From: Bacteroidota bacterium
Lineage (GTDB): Bacteria; Bacteroidota; Bacteroidia; UKL13-3
NCBI GenBank assembly: GCA_046309355.1
Contig: JBKCPL010000023.1
Coordinates: 7,024-71,023 of the forward strand
Direction: 5' to 3'
DNA: 64,000 bases
Numbering within the stretch: the stretch's first letter is position 1; each line of letters opens with the position of its first letter. A program made the position numbers and the translations under genes. The notes under the pieces were generated by a model, which was given only the letters and a program-made list of their open reading frames with translations, was not told where the DNA came from and ran no database searches. This document shows positions 46,228-55,968 of the stretch, in pieces.

Positions 46228-49160
46228 TATCCGAAAATTTCTTCGAGTGTAAGCTCTGTTACTTCTCCGTATTTCTTCAATTCATCCATGTTTACCTTTT
46301 CTTTATTTCCCATGATGAAATAGTTAAACGGAGCATTCTTATAGCGTTTCTCGTGAAAGTCTTTAACCGTTTGCAGATTCATTGAACCCAATTGCTCATA
46401 CGTAGATATTCTACGGTCAGTTGAAAGACCCAGTTTTTGGGCAGCCATGTAATTGAACAGGATGTCTTCTTTGATGATACGCTCGGTTTCAATCTGATTT
46501 TTGAGTGCTACTTTTACGTTGTCAAATGCGCTTTCTGTTAAAGGCATATTTTGAAGCAGCTCATTCATGGCAGGTATAGCCTGGTTTATTTTGTCGGCTT
46601 GCGTACCAATATAGGCCATTATGTAGTACGGATCGGTTGCCTTAACCGGTGTATTGAATCGCGAGAATGTAGAATAAGCCAGTGCCTTTGATTCACGAAT
46701 AGTTTGAAAAACAACTGACGACATGCCGCCTCCAAAATATTCATTGAATAAATTAATCACAGGAAGCTGATTTTCATCAAACGCATCGGGTTGACGATTT
46801 AGCCACATGATTTCGGCCTGCACCATGTCGTAGTTCACGAAATAAACTGCATTGCCTTTTGTTTCGGCCCGGGTAAAGGATACAGGCTTGGGGTAAGGAA
46901 GGAGTTTAGTAGGCAACTTGTGCTGCTTGGTCAAAAATAGTGTCAGGTTCTTTAAATCCCTGGGGCCATAGTAATACACCTTGTGTTCATAGGTTGTAAG
47001 TTGTTTAATTTGGGCAACCAAATCTTTGGCTTTTAGCGCGCGCAATTCGGTTTCTGAAAGTATGTAACGCTGAGGATTATTTTTTCCGTAAATAGCATAA
47101 CTGCGCATAGCGCCCCAGAAAATCTGGCTTTTATTTTTCTTGGCATCTGCCCGTTTTTTCAAAATCATTTCAACCAGGTTATCCAACGCCTGCTGATCAG
47201 CCTTTGCATTAGCCAATAGGTGTTCAAAAAGCTTTGTGGCGGCTTCAAAATTTTCATCCGGACCGGAAACGTATACATACACCTGCTCATCGGATGATGA
47301 GACTCCAAAATTGCAGGCCAGCTTGTAGAATTCGATACTTAGTTGTTCGGCCGAGTATTTATCGGTTCCCAAATATTGCAGTAAATCGATAGCAATAGGG
47401 AGGCGTATGTTATTAAACTTGCCCATATCCAGCACGTAATACATATTGAACAATGCATTATCGTTGTTACGTACATAATAAACCGGCACATTGCCACCCA
47501 ATTTCATTTGCATAATATCTCTGTCGTAATCAATAAACACAGGTTTAATTGACTCGGTCTTATTGGTTAGAATGGAGGTCACGAAAGGCGATGCATCGGT
47601 GCGGTTTACATCAACAGGTGATATTTCAGGCTTTTCTACCTTCACCACATTTTTGTCTTCACCTGTACGTTTGTATACAACTATATAATCTTGTGTGTAG
47701 TAGTTATTGGCAAACTTCATCAGATCACTTTTAGTAATTTTTGATAGCTCATCCAATGATGTGACAACTTCTTTCCAGTCTTTATCAACGGTAAATGCAT
47801 TCAGCATTTCGTAGGCTCTGCTATCGTTCGATTCGCTACTACGGATGCGGTCAACTTTAAAATTGGCGATGATAGCTTTAAGCCTGTCTTCGTCAAAATC
47901 GCCCTTCTTAATTTTTGCAAGTTGCTCAAGCAGTAAATCCCTTACTTCCTCCAGTTTTTGTCCCTGCTTGGGCTTACCGCCAAGCATGTGTATGCTGTAA
48001 TCTTTATTTATCCATGAACTTGAATAGGCAGAAAGAACTTTTTGTTTTTGCACGAGGTTTAAATCAATTAGACCTGCGGTTGAATTTGATAACAGGTAAT
48101 CGAGCAGTGTTAAGTACAAAGAAGCTTTATCATTTGCACCGGGAATTTTAAATCCAATCATCATGCTCTCTGCATCCGGGCCCACTACCTCCTTAACCAC
48201 CGGCTGTGCATTTACCGGCTCAGGAGTAAAACTAAACGGTGGCACAGGCTTTGGTTGCATGTAACTAAACTTTTTGTCAATTTTCTGAATAAGCTCACTG
48301 GGGTCAAAATCGCCTGACAAAATAATGGCCATGTTATTGGGCACATAGTAGGTGTTGTAGTAATTTCTAATCTTAACCAGCGATGGATTTTTAAGGTGCT
48401 CAACTGTACCAATGGTTGTTTGTGTACCATACGGGTGGCGGGTAAACAGACCCGACAATAACGCTTCATACACCTTGCGGTTATCGTTATCGAGCGAAAT
48501 ATTTTTTTCTTCGTATACTGCTTCCAGTTCAGTGTGAAACAGGCGCAAAATCGGATTACGGAAACGTTCAGCTTCTATATTCAACCAATTTTCAAGCTGA
48601 TTGGATGGTATATTGTTTACGTACGCAGTTTGTTCCAGCGAGGTAAATGCATTGGTTCCGGTGGCACCAATAGCGCCAACCATTTTATCGTATTCATTCG
48701 CAATAGCATACTTAGATGCAATCAATGAAACGGAGTCAATTTGCCTGTAAATAGATTTACGCTTCGCATTATCAACTGTAGTGTTGTACTGCTCATACAA
48801 CGAATCAATTTTATCGAGTTGTTGTTTTTCCTTCTGCCAGTCTTTTGTACCAAACTTATCTGTTCCTTTAAACAGCATATGCTCAAGGTAATGGGCCAGT
48901 CCGGTGTTATCAGCCGGATCATTTTTACTGCCTGCCTTGGTAGCGATGTACGTTTGAATGCGTGGCTCTTTTTTATTAACCGACATCATTACGGTGAGGC
49001 CATTTTCCAGGGTATATATGCGAACTTGCAGAGGATCATTGGGAATTACTTTATACGTGTAGCGGCCATCTGCCGATTTACGTATTTCCCAATCATAACC
49101 GGGTTGTGCATATACATTCAGAGCAAAAAGCACGAGCAAAGAGAAGATTGCATTTTTCAT
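46224..49160 (-). CDS. M16 (insulinase/pitrilysin) family zinc peptidase, double-length
   Basis: 978 aa; signal peptide; inverted zincin motif HYLEH (HxxEH). Confidence 0.88.
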   Translation of the reverse strand: MKNAIFSLLVLFALNVYAQPGYDWEIRKSADGRYTYKVIPNDPLQVRIYTLENGLTVMMSVNKKEPRIQTYIATKAGSKNDPADNTGLAHYLEHMLFKGTDKFGTKDWQKEKQQLDKIDSLYEQYNTTVDNAKRKSIYRQIDSVSLIASKYAIANEYDKMVGAIGATGTNAFTSLEQTAYVNNIPSNQLENWLNIEAERFRNPILRLFHTELEAVYEEKNISLDNDNRKVYEALLSGLFTRHPYGTQTTIGTVEHLKNPSLVKIRNYYNTYYVPNNMAIILSGDFDPSELIQKIDKKFSYMQPKPVPPFSFTPEPVNAQPVVKEVVGPDAESMMIGFKIPGANDKASLYLTLLDYLLSNSTAGLIDLNLVQKQKVLSAYSSSWINKDYSIHMLGGKPKQGQKLEEVRDLLLEQLAKIKKGDFDEDRLKAIIANFKVDRIRSSESNDSRAYEMLNAFTVDKDWKEVVTSLDELSKITKSDLMKFANNYYTQDYIVVYKRTGEDKNVVKVEKPEISPVDVNRTDASPFVTSILTNKTESIKPVFIDYDRDIMQMKLGGNVPVYYVRNNDNALFNMYYVLDMGKFNNIRLPIAIDLLQYLGTDKYSAEQLSIEFYKLACNFGVSSSDEQVYVYVSGPDENFEAATKLFEHLLANAKADQQALDNLVEMILKKRADAKKNKSQIFWGAMRSYAIYGKNNPQRYILSETELRALKAKDLVAQIKQLTTYEHKVYYYGPRDLKNLTLFLTKQHKLPTKLLPYPKPVSFTRAETKGNAVYFVNYDMVQAEIMWLNRQPDAFDENQLPVINLFNEYFGGGMSSVVFQTIRESKALAYSTFSRFNTPVKATDPYYIMAYIGTQADKINQAIPAMNELLQNMPLTESAFDNVKVALKNQIETERIIKEDILFNYMAAQKLGLSTDRRISTYEQLGSMNLQTVKDFHEKRYKNAPFNYFIMGNKEKVNMDELKKYGEVTELTLEEIFGY

Positions 49161-49175
49161 ATGTGGGTGGTTTAA

Positions 49176-49757
49176 TTATCCGTGAATATGTTCTTTAGTT
49201 CCGTAGTTAAGTATGATATTTCCTTCGTATTCCAGAAACTCATTCCAGCGTGCATCAACATCCTCGTGTGGACATAACCTTCGGGCAAGCTTAATAAACA
49301 AGGTGTAATGCGTGGCTTCGCTTTGCATCAGTTCGCGGTAAAATGCAGCTAACTCTTCGTCCTGTATGTGTTCTGATAATACTTTAAAGCGTTCACAACT
49401 GCGCGCCTCTATCATAGCGGCAAACAGCAGCCTGTCGAGTAAATTTTTTTCACGCCCCTCACCCCTTCTAACCATTTTCATCAGCTCGTTTACGTAATGG
49501 TCTTTTCGCTCGCGACCTAGCCTATAACCCCGGTTTAGCATAAATTGATGTACCCGCTGAAAATGTTCCATCTCTTCGCGTACTAGCTCCGCCATTGCAA
49601 TTACCAGCTCGGTATGTTCGGGAAAATGCACAATTAATGCAATGGCACTGGAGGCAGCTTTCTGTTCACAAAAAGCGTGATCGGTAAGCACTTCTTCTAT
49701 GTTGTGTTGCGCCAGTTCGGCCCAACGCGGGTCTGTAGATAGTTTTAATCTAAACAC
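49176..49757 (-). CDS. miaE: tRNA-(ms2io6A37)-hydroxylase MiaE
   Basis: 193 aa; DHAFCEQKAASSAI and EEMEHF diiron-type helices as I recall for MiaE. Confidence 0.7.
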   Translation of the reverse strand: MFRLKLSTDPRWAELAQHNIEEVLTDHAFCEQKAASSAIALIVHFPEHTELVIAMAELVREEMEHFQRVHQFMLNRGYRLGRERKDHYVNELMKMVRRGEGREKNLLDRLLFAAMIEARSCERFKVLSEHIQDEELAAFYRELMQSEATHYTLFIKLARRLCPHEDVDARWNEFLEYEGNIILNYGTKEHIHG

Positions 49758-49818
49758 GTAGGTTATGCATGATTATACAAACACCTGCAAAATACGATGT
49801 GTAATCGTAAAATAAAAC

Positions 49819-50682
49819 TCAGCGAGCTGCTTTTATCAACCGGTCGTGTCCATTTGTATCTTTTAGCAACTCACATCGGCTGTATCCTTGGCTTATAAAC
49901 AACTCCAGCGTATCGTGGGCCAGGTACTGATTTAGCTCAGCCATAATCACACCATCAGGCTGCAGTTGGGTCTTACCGAATTGAGCCAGTTCGCGGTAAA
50001 AAACCAATGCATCAGTATCGGGAACAAACAGGGCTGTAGCGGGTTCATAATGCAACACATTGGCACGCATGTGTTCAGCTTCGCTTACACGTACGTAGGG
50101 AGGATTGCTGATAATAAGGTGATACAATGACGAATTCAGTTTAGTTTTATCGGTCAAAAAATCGAGGTGCTTGAACGAAATATCGGCACGCAAGTGCAAG
50201 GCATTATCTGCCGCAACCTGCAACGCTTCTTCACTTACATCAATTGCTGTAACCGATGCACCGGATACGTTTTTCTTCACTGCAATGGCTAGACATCCGC
50301 TGCCGGTTCCTACATCCAGTACCTGAGGATTTGGGTGGTTTAAGGCTTTCAGAAAGTCAATGGCATGAAGAGCCAACTCTTCTGTTTCAGGTCGAGGAAT
50401 AAGTACTGAAGTATTGACTTTTAATCGAAAATTTAAAAATGGAGCATACCCAAGTATATACTGCAAGGGTTCATGCTTCAGTAACCGACCAATCACTAAA
50501 TCAAAGCGATGAATTTCAGCTTCACTCAGGTTGCGATTGAGCATCGCAATCTGATGTTTTTTAATGAGCAGCATATCCTCAATTAGCCAATTTAGTATAG
50601 CTTCTGCTTCAGCCAAGTCGTATTCGGCCTGAAGTTTCTTCAGCATCGAGGTGTATAAGTTACTTAATGTAATTTCGGACAT
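49819..50682 (-). CDS. prmC: Peptide chain release factor N5-glutamine methyltransferase
   Basis: 287 aa; VLIPRPETE, DVGTGSG, NPPY motifs. Confidence 0.9.
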   Translation of the reverse strand: MSEITLSNLYTSMLKKLQAEYDLAEAEAILNWLIEDMLLIKKHQIAMLNRNLSEAEIHRFDLVIGRLLKHEPLQYILGYAPFLNFRLKVNTSVLIPRPETEELALHAIDFLKALNHPNPQVLDVGTGSGCLAIAVKKNVSGASVTAIDVSEEALQVAADNALHLRADISFKHLDFLTDKTKLNSSLYHLIISNPPYVRVSEAEHMRANVLHYEPATALFVPDTDALVFYRELAQFGKTQLQPDGVIMAELNQYLAHDTLELFISQGYSRCELLKDTNGHDRLIKAAR

Positions 50683-50717
50683 GGCATAAGGTAATTAGTG
50701 CAACATACGAAAAAGGT

Positions 50718-50725
50718 TACTTTCG
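50718..50725 (+). promoter_or_regulatory. -7-like box TACTTTCG, 4 nt upstream of the ribD ATG
   Basis: One mismatch to TAnnTTTG; the same octamer occurs upstream of the XrtF module (19205-19212). Confidence 0.3.
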
Positions 50726-50729
50726 CAGC

Positions 50730-51788
50730 ATGTTGCAGCACGAATTATATATGCAGCGTTGCCTGGATCTTGCACAAAACGGTGCCGGTTATGTTTCGCC
50801 AAATCCGCTCGTAGGATGCGTTATCACACACGGTGATAAAATTATAGGCGAAGGCTGGCACCGTAAGTTTGGCGAAGCGCATGCCGAAGTTAATGCCATA
50901 CGCAGCGTTGAAAATAAGGCGTTGCTGAAAACGAGTACGCTGTATGTCAATCTTGAACCGTGCAGCCATCATGGCAAAACTCCACCTTGTGCAGAGTTAA
51001 TAGTAGAAAGCGGCATACCTCGAGTAGTTATGGGTATGAAAGACCCCTACCATGAAGTGGCAGGAACAGGAATAGCCCGTCTGCAAAAGGCCGGAATAGA
51101 CGTTACGGTAGGTGTACTGGAAGAACAGTGCCACTGGCTGAACAGAAGATTTATTCATTTTGTAACCCAAAAAAAACCTTATGTTTTTTTGAAATGGGCA
51201 CAAACTCAGGATGGATTTATTGCGCCTGATGCATCCAAACTTACACAGCAGCAGTTTGAAGAGAAAAGACATATTACAGGATTTATTGTACAAAAACTGG
51301 TTCATCGCTGGCGCACAGAAGAAGATGCCATACTGGTAGGTACACGTACTGCTATTACAGATAATCCCGCGCTGAATACACGTGCATGGAATGGGCGTAA
51401 TCCTGTACGCATTACGATGGATAAAAATTTACGTATACCGCTCACGGCTAAATTGTATGATGGCTCACAGCCTACAGTCGTGTTCACCGATAAAAAAACG
51501 CCTATTGCTGCTAATGCTTTAGTTACTTACAGAATAATAGACTTCAGTAAAAATATCTGGCCACAAATACTGACCGATTTATACGAACAAGGCATTCAAT
51601 CCTTAATTGTAGAAGGCGGACTTCATACCTTGCAGTCAATTATTAACAGCCATTGCTGGAACGAAATACAGCGTTTTACCACTCCTGCCACATTGCTTGA
51701 AGGTATTGCGGCACCTGCATTTCATGGTCGGCTGGTCAGTGAATCAAGCATCGATAAAAGTACATTAACCGTATACATTAACGCATGA
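50730..51788 (+). CDS. ribD: Bifunctional riboflavin biosynthesis protein RibD (deaminase/reductase)
   Basis: 352 aa; HAEVNA and EPCSHHGKTPPC CMP/dCMP deaminase zinc motifs, followed by a reductase domain. Confidence 0.93.
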   Translation: MLQHELYMQRCLDLAQNGAGYVSPNPLVGCVITHGDKIIGEGWHRKFGEAHAEVNAIRSVENKALLKTSTLYVNLEPCSHHGKTPPCAELIVESGIPRVVMGMKDPYHEVAGTGIARLQKAGIDVTVGVLEEQCHWLNRRFIHFVTQKKPYVFLKWAQTQDGFIAPDASKLTQQQFEEKRHITGFIVQKLVHRWRTEEDAILVGTRTAITDNPALNTRAWNGRNPVRITMDKNLRIPLTAKLYDGSQPTVVFTDKKTPIAANALVTYRIIDFSKNIWPQILTDLYEQGIQSLIVEGGLHTLQSIINSHCWNEIQRFTTPATLLEGIAAPAFHGRLVSESSIDKSTLTVYINA

Positions 51789-52648
51789 TATACCTACTGC
51801 TTAGTATTGTATTTTCGGTCATTACCGTTTCGTTTTTCAAATTGTTTGAAAAATACGGTGTACATACTTTTTCAGCTATCGTACTAAATTACATCAGCTG
51901 TGTGATACTGGGCAATATCAGCGGTGAGTACGCTGTATCGCTTAGTCCTTTTTATAACGAACCCTGGTTTTTAGATACACTTGTACTGGGTGCACTATTC
52001 ATCAGCATATTTATGTCCATTGGCCTTACCGCTCAAAAGCTGGGCGTATCGGTGAGTATGCTGGCTGCCAAACTATCGGTTGTTGTACCTGTATGTGTTG
52101 CGTTTTTTTTGTACGATGAAACAATTACCCCGCTAAAACTAACCGGTATTTTATTGTCGATGGTTGCCGTTTATCTAATAAGCAAAAAAGAGGACGTACT
52201 GCATGTTCATCCACTTTATATTTTATTGCCTGTAGCTGTTTTTGCGGGAAGCGGAATGATAGATACTTTATTGAAACACGTAGAGAAAACGTATATACCT
52301 CCGGCCAATGCTACGTCCATCGTCACCACAGTTTTTCTGATGGCGTCCGTATGGGGTAGTGCAGCATGGTTGGTCATGAAAATTGCCGGAAAATCCTTAC
52401 CGTTATCAAAAAAGGAAGTTGTGTGGGGACTAGCGCTGGGTTTGCCCAACTATTTTTCTATGTACTTTTTAGTTCGCACATTAAGTTACTTCAGCGAAGC
52501 CAGCCGAATTTTTCCAATCAACAATATTGGTATAGCAGCTTCTACAACATTAGTAGGCGTACTGATATTTCATGAAAAAATCAGCAGGCTTAATCTGGCC
52601 GGTATTATATTAGCCGTAATAGCCATCGTGCTCATTTCATTTACCTGA
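51785..52648 (+). CDS. EamA/DMT superfamily transporter
   Basis: 287 aa; about 10 TM helices in two halves; overlaps the ribD stop. Confidence 0.65.
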   Translation: MIYLLLSIVFSVITVSFFKLFEKYGVHTFSAIVLNYISCVILGNISGEYAVSLSPFYNEPWFLDTLVLGALFISIFMSIGLTAQKLGVSVSMLAAKLSVVVPVCVAFFLYDETITPLKLTGILLSMVAVYLISKKEDVLHVHPLYILLPVAVFAGSGMIDTLLKHVEKTYIPPANATSIVTTVFLMASVWGSAAWLVMKIAGKSLPLSKKEVVWGLALGLPNYFSMYFLVRTLSYFSEASRIFPINNIGIAASTTLVGVLIFHEKISRLNLAGIILAVIAIVLISFT

Positions 52649-53262
52649 TGCTATTCGAAGATTCATATCGCACCATTAAAACACAAGGCTACGGGGAGTA
52701 TAAGGAAAGAGGCAGTCGCTTTATTGCTTATACGTTTCATGTGCATGATGAAGAACAGTGTAAAGAAATTATACAACAGATAAAGAAAGAACATCCGCAG
52801 GCAGCTCACCATTGCTATGCATATGTGCTTGGTATAGCTGGCGAATTAAAGCGGTTTAATGACGACCGTGAACCGGCTAATACCGCAGGAAGACCCATCC
52901 TGCGAGCTATCACCGCTCAGCAATTGACACGAACTCTGGTAGTAGTGGTACGCTATTTCGGTGGAAAACTGCTAGGCATACACGGACTAATTGAAGCCTA
53001 TGAGGGAGCTGCAATTACTGCCCTTCAAAACAGCGAAACCGAAGAAGTTATAATACAGGAACAGCTTGAACTAACCGCCTCATACGAACACGAAAACGAT
53101 CTATTCAGGCTTATCAAGCACTACAACCTTCAGGTACTTTCACATCACCATGGCGATACGGTAACCATACGCGTAGCTGTTCGCAAGTCTGATGCAGACG
53201 AATTTTTGAAGGCTGTGAAGCTGAATTATCATCTATCTGTGAAATTTTTGACCGAAGATTGA
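52648..53262 (+). CDS. IMPACT/YigZ family protein (UPF0029)
   Basis: 204 aa; GSRFIAY...HHCYAY...DDREPANTAG...VVVVRYFGGKLLG motifs. Confidence 0.85.
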   Translation: MLFEDSYRTIKTQGYGEYKERGSRFIAYTFHVHDEEQCKEIIQQIKKEHPQAAHHCYAYVLGIAGELKRFNDDREPANTAGRPILRAITAQQLTRTLVVVVRYFGGKLLGIHGLIEAYEGAAITALQNSETEEVIIQEQLELTASYEHENDLFRLIKHYNLQVLSHHHGDTVTIRVAVRKSDADEFLKAVKLNYHLSVKFLTED

Positions 53263-53287
53263 TACACATTTTACACGTGCTAATCAA

Positions 53288-53295
53288 TATCTTTG
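53288..53295 (+). promoter_or_regulatory. -7 promoter box TATCTTTG, 4 nt upstream of the first ATG of the T9SS protease gene
   Basis: Perfect TAnnTTTG match. The second in-frame ATG at 53306 may therefore be the real start. Confidence 0.4.
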
Positions 53296-53299
53296 CTCC

Positions 53300-55054
53300 A
53301 TGAAAATGTATAAAATATTTGTAGGAATATGTGCATTGTACATGCCAATTATGGTTTGGGCACAAAACACTACAACTTTACACCAACTTCAGCAGTCCAT
53401 TGCATGGATTGAAAATCAGCCCGCACAGGTTATACAGCTGCAAGTACAAAATGAATCAAACAAATCTATCACAGATCTAAATACGTATATCCCATACCTG
53501 AGCAGTGAGGATTTAAACCTAGTACACGAGCGCAACGGAAAAACAGGGAAGTACACACAATACGTACAGCTGCACAAAGGACTTCCGATATGGGGAACAA
53601 GTGTACGAATTCATGAATTGAAAAATGGGCAACTGCGCATTCAGCATGTTACGTTAAATACATCGTCAAGCAATAGTGATGTATTAAATGAACGTGCTAC
53701 CCACTGGCTACTCACCGGAAATAAGCTTGAACAAATTCGAGTAGAAACAACAGGCGGCATACAAACCATCAGTACAGCTATTGGCGAATTAATTTTTCAA
53801 CGAGATTTACGCAGGTATCTGCATCAGGATGACACAATGGTTACCGGAAAAGTATTTGCACCCGATCCGCTGACGCGTGCTGGCGTTATTTACGGACAGG
53901 ATGGCACATGGAAACACTTTAATGATAGTGACTACGCCTTGCTCAATGATCAGCGAATTGATGTAACGTTTCCGGCCACACTCGTAGGCGACTCATTTGA
54001 GTTGCGGAACGCGTATGGTAGAATTGTAGATTTTTCACAGCCGTTCACCTCTAACCGCAGAGAGAAGAATCCTGTATTTAACTACACCCGCAAACAGCAG
54101 GCATTTAAAGATGTGATGGCGCTGTATCATGTTTACCATACGCAAATGTACTTGCAATCGCTGCAGTACGATGTGGTTCAGTATCCAATTCGCATAGATG
54201 CGGGAGCCTCTTTTGGTGACCAGTCCTTTTTTACATTCGACCCCGACACATCGCTTAATTTTGGTTTAGGTGGCGTGCCCGATGCCGAAGATGCCGATGT
54301 CATAGTTCACGAATACACACATGCTGTATCGTGGGATATAAACCCCACACCAAATATGAGCACCGAACGAAGGGCTATTGAAGAAGCCATGTGCGATGTA
54401 CTCGCAGCTGTACAATCAAAGCAGTATACACCCTTTAACTGGCGTAGGCTTTTTAACTTTGACGCACCCAATCCTGTAGCTCCCGGAAATATTCCCTTTT
54501 GGAACGGGCGTAACGGACAATCGGCAAAGACCTACGATGAGAAGTTGAATGACCCTTACCGCGATAGTGAAATATGGACTTCGTGTATGCTGGATATGAG
54601 TGAGTATTTTGGCAGCGACACGTTGGTAGATATGATGCTGGCATCCATTGAACTGATGACATCTACCACAACCATGCCCGAAGCCTGCGAGTTGATGCTG
54701 ATAGCCGATAGTCTTTTATACAACGGTGAAAACCGACTAATGATGGGCTATTTTTTCAATGAGCGCAGATTTGGTAATTTCCCCATGTCGGTGCGCAACA
54801 CCACTGCTCCAAAAAATTACAGGCTGCTGAATACCGCTGCGTTTGCAATCGGACAAGGTCCAATAAATATTGAAATGACGAACGCAGCTGCCTTCGATGT
54901 GGTGTTAACCGATATGACCGGAAAAACCCGTTTACATTTACGTCAGCATTTTCTTTCAGCAGAAATAAAACCGGATGAATTGCCGGCCGGTATATACATA
55001 CTTACCATTACACAGAACGGACAAAGCCGGTCAGAAAAAATTGTACGTTATTGA
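53300..55054 (+). CDS. Secreted zinc metalloprotease with a T9SS C-terminal sorting domain
   Basis: 584 aa; signal peptide; HEYTHAV (HExxH) plus downstream EEAMCD (gluzincin-like third ligand); C-terminus ...LPAGIYILTITQNGQSRSEKIVRY typical of the T9SS type A CTD. Confidence 0.8.
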   Translation: MKMYKIFVGICALYMPIMVWAQNTTTLHQLQQSIAWIENQPAQVIQLQVQNESNKSITDLNTYIPYLSSEDLNLVHERNGKTGKYTQYVQLHKGLPIWGTSVRIHELKNGQLRIQHVTLNTSSSNSDVLNERATHWLLTGNKLEQIRVETTGGIQTISTAIGELIFQRDLRRYLHQDDTMVTGKVFAPDPLTRAGVIYGQDGTWKHFNDSDYALLNDQRIDVTFPATLVGDSFELRNAYGRIVDFSQPFTSNRREKNPVFNYTRKQQAFKDVMALYHVYHTQMYLQSLQYDVVQYPIRIDAGASFGDQSFFTFDPDTSLNFGLGGVPDAEDADVIVHEYTHAVSWDINPTPNMSTERRAIEEAMCDVLAAVQSKQYTPFNWRRLFNFDAPNPVAPGNIPFWNGRNGQSAKTYDEKLNDPYRDSEIWTSCMLDMSEYFGSDTLVDMMLASIELMTSTTTMPEACELMLIADSLLYNGENRLMMGYFFNERRFGNFPMSVRNTTAPKNYRLLNTAAFAIGQGPINIEMTNAAAFDVVLTDMTGKTRLHLRQHFLSAEIKPDELPAGIYILTITQNGQSRSEKIVRY

Positions 55055-55073
55055 CCTTTACTGATTATGCGAT

Positions 55074-55769
55074 ATGAATATAACTGATAAAATTGCCGTT
55101 GTAACAGGTGTAAGCAAAGGCATTGGATACAGTACAGCCAAACACTTGCTTGAACTGGGTGCAACCGTTTACGGCCTGGGTCGCCATGTTCCTTCGAACC
55201 TGAATGACCTAAAATTTATCCCTTGCGATGTGAGGAATCAGGCAGAGGTAAATGCTGCCTTTGATCAGATATCTCGAGAGCAACCACGGGTTGATATTCT
55301 GATAAATAATGCAGGATTAGGTTACTTTGGCTTGATGGAACAGATGCCTGTTGAACAATGGCACGAAATGTTTGACACCAACATTCACGGCATGTACTAC
55401 TGCATCAGGCAGGTTTTGCCGCGTATGAAAGAACAGCAGTTTGGCCACATAATTAATATTGCATCAACAGCAGCACTGGAAGGCATGCCACAGGTTTCGG
55501 CATACTGTGCAACCAAATGGGCGGTTAAGGGATTAAGCGAATCATTGTTCAGAGAAGTGCGTGACTTTCGTATAAAAGTAACGTGTATTTATCCGGGATC
55601 AACCAAAACTGATTTTTTCCGAAACAGCCCGGGAATACAACCGCACGATTATATGCTGATGCCTGAAGATGTAGCGTTAACCATTGTTCAGGCGATACAA
55701 ATGCCCGACAATTTTCATACTGTAAACCTGGAAATAAGGCCGCTTCAACCTAGAGGACCAAAAGAATAA
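55074..55769 (+). CDS. SDR family oxidoreductase
   Basis: 231 aa; TGVSKGIG cofactor motif, NNAG, YCATK (YxxxK) catalytic motif. Confidence 0.9.
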   Translation: MNITDKIAVVTGVSKGIGYSTAKHLLELGATVYGLGRHVPSNLNDLKFIPCDVRNQAEVNAAFDQISREQPRVDILINNAGLGYFGLMEQMPVEQWHEMFDTNIHGMYYCIRQVLPRMKEQQFGHIINIASTAALEGMPQVSAYCATKWAVKGLSESLFREVRDFRIKVTCIYPGSTKTDFFRNSPGIQPHDYMLMPEDVALTIVQAIQMPDNFHTVNLEIRPLQPRGPKE

Positions 55770-55968
55770 TTATCTTATCAAAACTATTTTTCCTGATTGA
55801 GTAAATGCTTGACGGTTTTAACAATTAAATGTATTAGCCTCCTCTTTTATACTATGTACAAACATTTATCTAACAATAAATAACTACTCTTTAGAGGGCA
55901 AGAAGATCTACTCACTAATTTTAGCAGAAAACCTTTCAGGAACAGTGTATCGATTTTTTAACTAGAAC

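Noticed and set aside
48741-49175. 144-aa ORF on the + strand
   Set aside because: It is antisense to the 5' part of the M16 peptidase gene (HxxEH region), so it is a shadow ORF.
50683-50729. Looked for an FMN riboswitch upstream of ribD
   Set aside because: Only 47 nt separate prmC and ribD, which is far too short for an FMN aptamer, and no conserved FMN-element sequence is evident.
55770-55968. 199-nt A/T-rich convergent spacer examined for terminators, sRNA or small ORFs
   Set aside because: There is no convincing GC-rich hairpin with a U-tract, no conserved RNA motif, and only trivial ORFs (<10 codons).
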